From the NCBI GenBank assembly GCA_054600435.1, contig BAAIJX010000005.1, positions 558,001 to 622,000 of the forward strand: 64,000 nucleotides of DNA, written 5' to 3'. The notes below the pieces were generated by a model. The model was given only the letters and a program-made list of their open reading frames with translations. It ran no database searches and was not told the DNA's origin. Positions 61,643-64,000 of this stretch are shown here, in pieces (within the stretch, counting starts at the first letter, position 1; the number at the start of each line of letters is the position of its first letter). The translations under genes and the position numbers were made by a program. The DNA is from Neophaeotheca triangularis (taxonomy: Eukaryota).

Positions 61643-62974
61643 ATGCTGTCAAGATTTCTGATCGCTGCGAGCTTTGTCGCTTCCGTTTTGGCGAGTAGGC
61701 GCGCGCACGGCGGGCCACACAGGGTTGATGTTCATCATCTCCCTGAGCGCAAGCAGTGCACTGTCTACGCCAACGGCAACAATGCTTCTGATGTCTCGAA
61801 CATTCTGTACGCTTTCCATGTTTGTGGTAACGGGGGAAGGCTCGTCTTCCCAGAGGGCCAGAACTATTTCATCGATTCGAAGCTCAATCCGGTCGTGAAC
61901 GGCGTGGAGATTGATTGGAACGGCGTTTGGACTTTCAGTCCTGATATTGACTACTGGACGCAACCCGAGAACCACTACCCGATCGAATTTCAGAACCATG
62001 CCGCCTCCTTCATTCTAAGCGGAGACGGCATTCACATCAACGGCCATAACACAGGTGGCATCGAGGGCAACGGAGATGTTTGGTACACTGCAGACGCCGG
62101 CACGACACGTCCAGGTCGACCCATGCCCTTTGTGTTTTGGAACGTCAGCGACGTAACAGTCCGAAATTTCTTCATCAAAGACCCTCCCTTGTGGGCTTAC
62201 AACATGATGAACGCCACCAACGTCTGGATGGATAACGTTAGCAGCAACGCGACTTCCACCCAAGCCCCCTACGGCGAGAACTGGGTCCAAAACACGGACG
62301 GCTGGGACACAATGGACGCCTACAACATCAAGCTCACCAACCTACTCTTCCAAGGTGGCGACGACTGCATCGCCATCAAACCCCGCAGCTACAACGTCGA
62401 CGTCCAAAACGTCACCTGCGTCGGCGGCAACGGCGTCGCAATAGGAAGTCTAGGCCAATACCTCGAAGACTCGAGCGCCGAAAACGTCGTCATGGATAAT
62501 GTGACTGTCATACGCATCAACGAGGACTTACACAACAGCGCCTACATCAAGACCTGGACAGGCGTGCTCACAGATCAAGGAACAGGCCAAGGCGCTTACG
62601 AATCCGCCGGTAAACCTCGCGGCGGCGGCTGGGGCGTCGTGCGCAACATCCTCTTCTCCAATTTCCACGTCTACGGCGCCGATGGCGGTCCATCTATAAG
62701 TCAGGAAAGCGGCGGTAATGGCAGTTTTCCTGGCTCTTCGTTGATGGAGGTCTCGAATGTGGCTTTTGTGAATTTCACGGGTTTTTTGAGTGGTGATGAG
62801 AAAAATGGCCGGACGGCGACTGTCAGTTGTAGTGGGGTGTGGCCTTGCTATGGAATTACTTATAAGAATGTTGATCTTACGGTTGCGGAAAATAGCAGTG
62901 ATACTGGGGTTGCCAAGTGTAATTATGTTAGGGAGCATGGGGTTTGGGGTCTTGGGCAGGGTTGTGACTCGTGA
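61643..62974 (+). CDS. Secreted glycoside hydrolase family 28 (exo-polygalacturonase/exo-rhamnogalacturonase-like)
   Basis: Signal peptide; NTDGWD, GDDCIAIK, GNGVAIGSLGQY and YIKTW motifs. Confidence 0.9.
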   Translation: MLSRFLIAASFVASVLASRRAHGGPHRVDVHHLPERKQCTVYANGNNASDVSNILYAFHVCGNGGRLVFPEGQNYFIDSKLNPVVNGVEIDWNGVWTFSPDIDYWTQPENHYPIEFQNHAASFILSGDGIHINGHNTGGIEGNGDVWYTADAGTTRPGRPMPFVFWNVSDVTVRNFFIKDPPLWAYNMMNATNVWMDNVSSNATSTQAPYGENWVQNTDGWDTMDAYNIKLTNLLFQGGDDCIAIKPRSYNVDVQNVTCVGGNGVAIGSLGQYLEDSSAENVVMDNVTVIRINEDLHNSAYIKTWTGVLTDQGTGQGAYESAGKPRGGGWGVVRNILFSNFHVYGADGGPSISQESGGNGSFPGSSLMEVSNVAFVNFTGFLSGDEKNGRTATVSCSGVWPCYGITYKNVDLTVAENSSDTGVAKCNYVREHGVWGLGQGCDS

Positions 62975-63904
62975 GGGTGAAGATGAACATGAACATGGGT
63001 TTTTGAGAATTCACAACTTGTTTTCTTTATCATACTCTATTGGTGATGTTGCTACTGTGCTGGGATATGCCAGCTCCCAGAGCAGCAAGAAAACTGTAGG
63101 GTCGGAGTTTGAGTTTCCTCTTGGATGCTAATGACTTGTAGTAAAGGCTCGCTGAATAATCGCTCCACATTGGCCAGTGAATGTGGTATCTGTGCTGTTG
63201 TTAGTCCCCGTTGGCGTATCTCGAATTCTTGATTGTTTATTCGAGGCCGATGGTGATGGAAACGGTGCTTTTTTGCGAAGAGCGGGGGCTTGGCTAGCCG
63301 ACGTCGGACCTGCCTTCCTAATTGAGCATACACGAGAGGATTGTGCCTGCCTTGGAGAGCTACACAACCTCACATGGGGAGTACTGAGGTAGTATGCGTT
63401 TACGTTGGAGTTATGGCATCGTTTCCGGATCTCGCCATTGAGGTCGCCCGCAAACTCTCCGCACAAGAGGAGGTTGCACATACGGAGGTAGACTATTGTC
63501 ATTAGCCTTCCGATTCGAATTCGTCCCCCCCCCTCGGCCTTCGTTCCTGAATCACCGCATGCCTTATCTTATCTAAGTAGCTTTCTGCCCCGCCAGGCGA
63601 ACCGCGGCGCGAGCACGGCACCACCGCAAAAGCAGCTTACCTACCCTTGTCACCAGGCCAATCGCGGAAAAGAAAGAAGAAACACAACCTCTTTCACCTC
63701 CCCCTCGTCCTCTACATTCTTGCAACGGTCGGCGAGCTCTTCCCAGTCTACTTCACTTGACTCTGCCTGCACTCTGCTCGCTCTCCCGCTTTCGCCAGTC
63801 GCCTCGAACTTGTCGAGCTCGAGCCGCTCGCTCGAGCTGTTGAGAGAGCTTCGAGTCACCGCTTTGGAGAGGCATTGGTCCTGATCCCAACCTTCACCGG
63901 CACC

Positions 63905-64000
63905 ATGACCGACGTAGCAGGCACCCACAGGACCACGGAGAATGGAGGCGAATATGGCACTCCGCACGCCGACGGCGACACCCACTCCTTCGCCAACACG
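63905..64000 (+). CDS. Possible 5' end of a gene truncated by the window edge
   Basis: CACCATG start context, frame open to the window end (MTDVAGTHRTTENGG...), preceded by a pyrimidine-rich leader. Confidence 0.3.
   Translation, partial: MTDVAGTHRTTENGGEYGTPHADGDTHSFANT

Overview
Eukaryotic, gene-dense DNA from a filamentous ascomycete. Short GT-AG introns with CTAAC/CTGAC branch points are visible; a Dothideomycete origin is my inference only. Conserved housekeeping genes: PAN1, POP4, PDX3, IDH1, SVP26, a LYAR zinc finger, PEX22-like, eIF2B-gamma, ARC40, U1A/U2B'', ATG10, a DH-BAR-SH3 RhoGEF, QNS1 and a DAHP synthase. They are interspersed with lineage-specific F-box/RING genes (one probably a pseudogene), two secreted proteins, an MFS transporter, a 3-dehydroshikimate dehydratase-like enzyme and a GH28 pectinase. 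The most notable element is a Kex2/Ste13-processed repeat precursor at 18399-19304. It has the architecture of an alpha-type pheromone precursor and duplicated CTATTGA-type promoter sites, but it encodes three unusually long (17-23 aa), strongly cationic disulfide-loop peptides. I recognised no rRNA, tRNA, CRISPR array or intact transposon. All calls are from reading the sequence by eye; no database searches were run.
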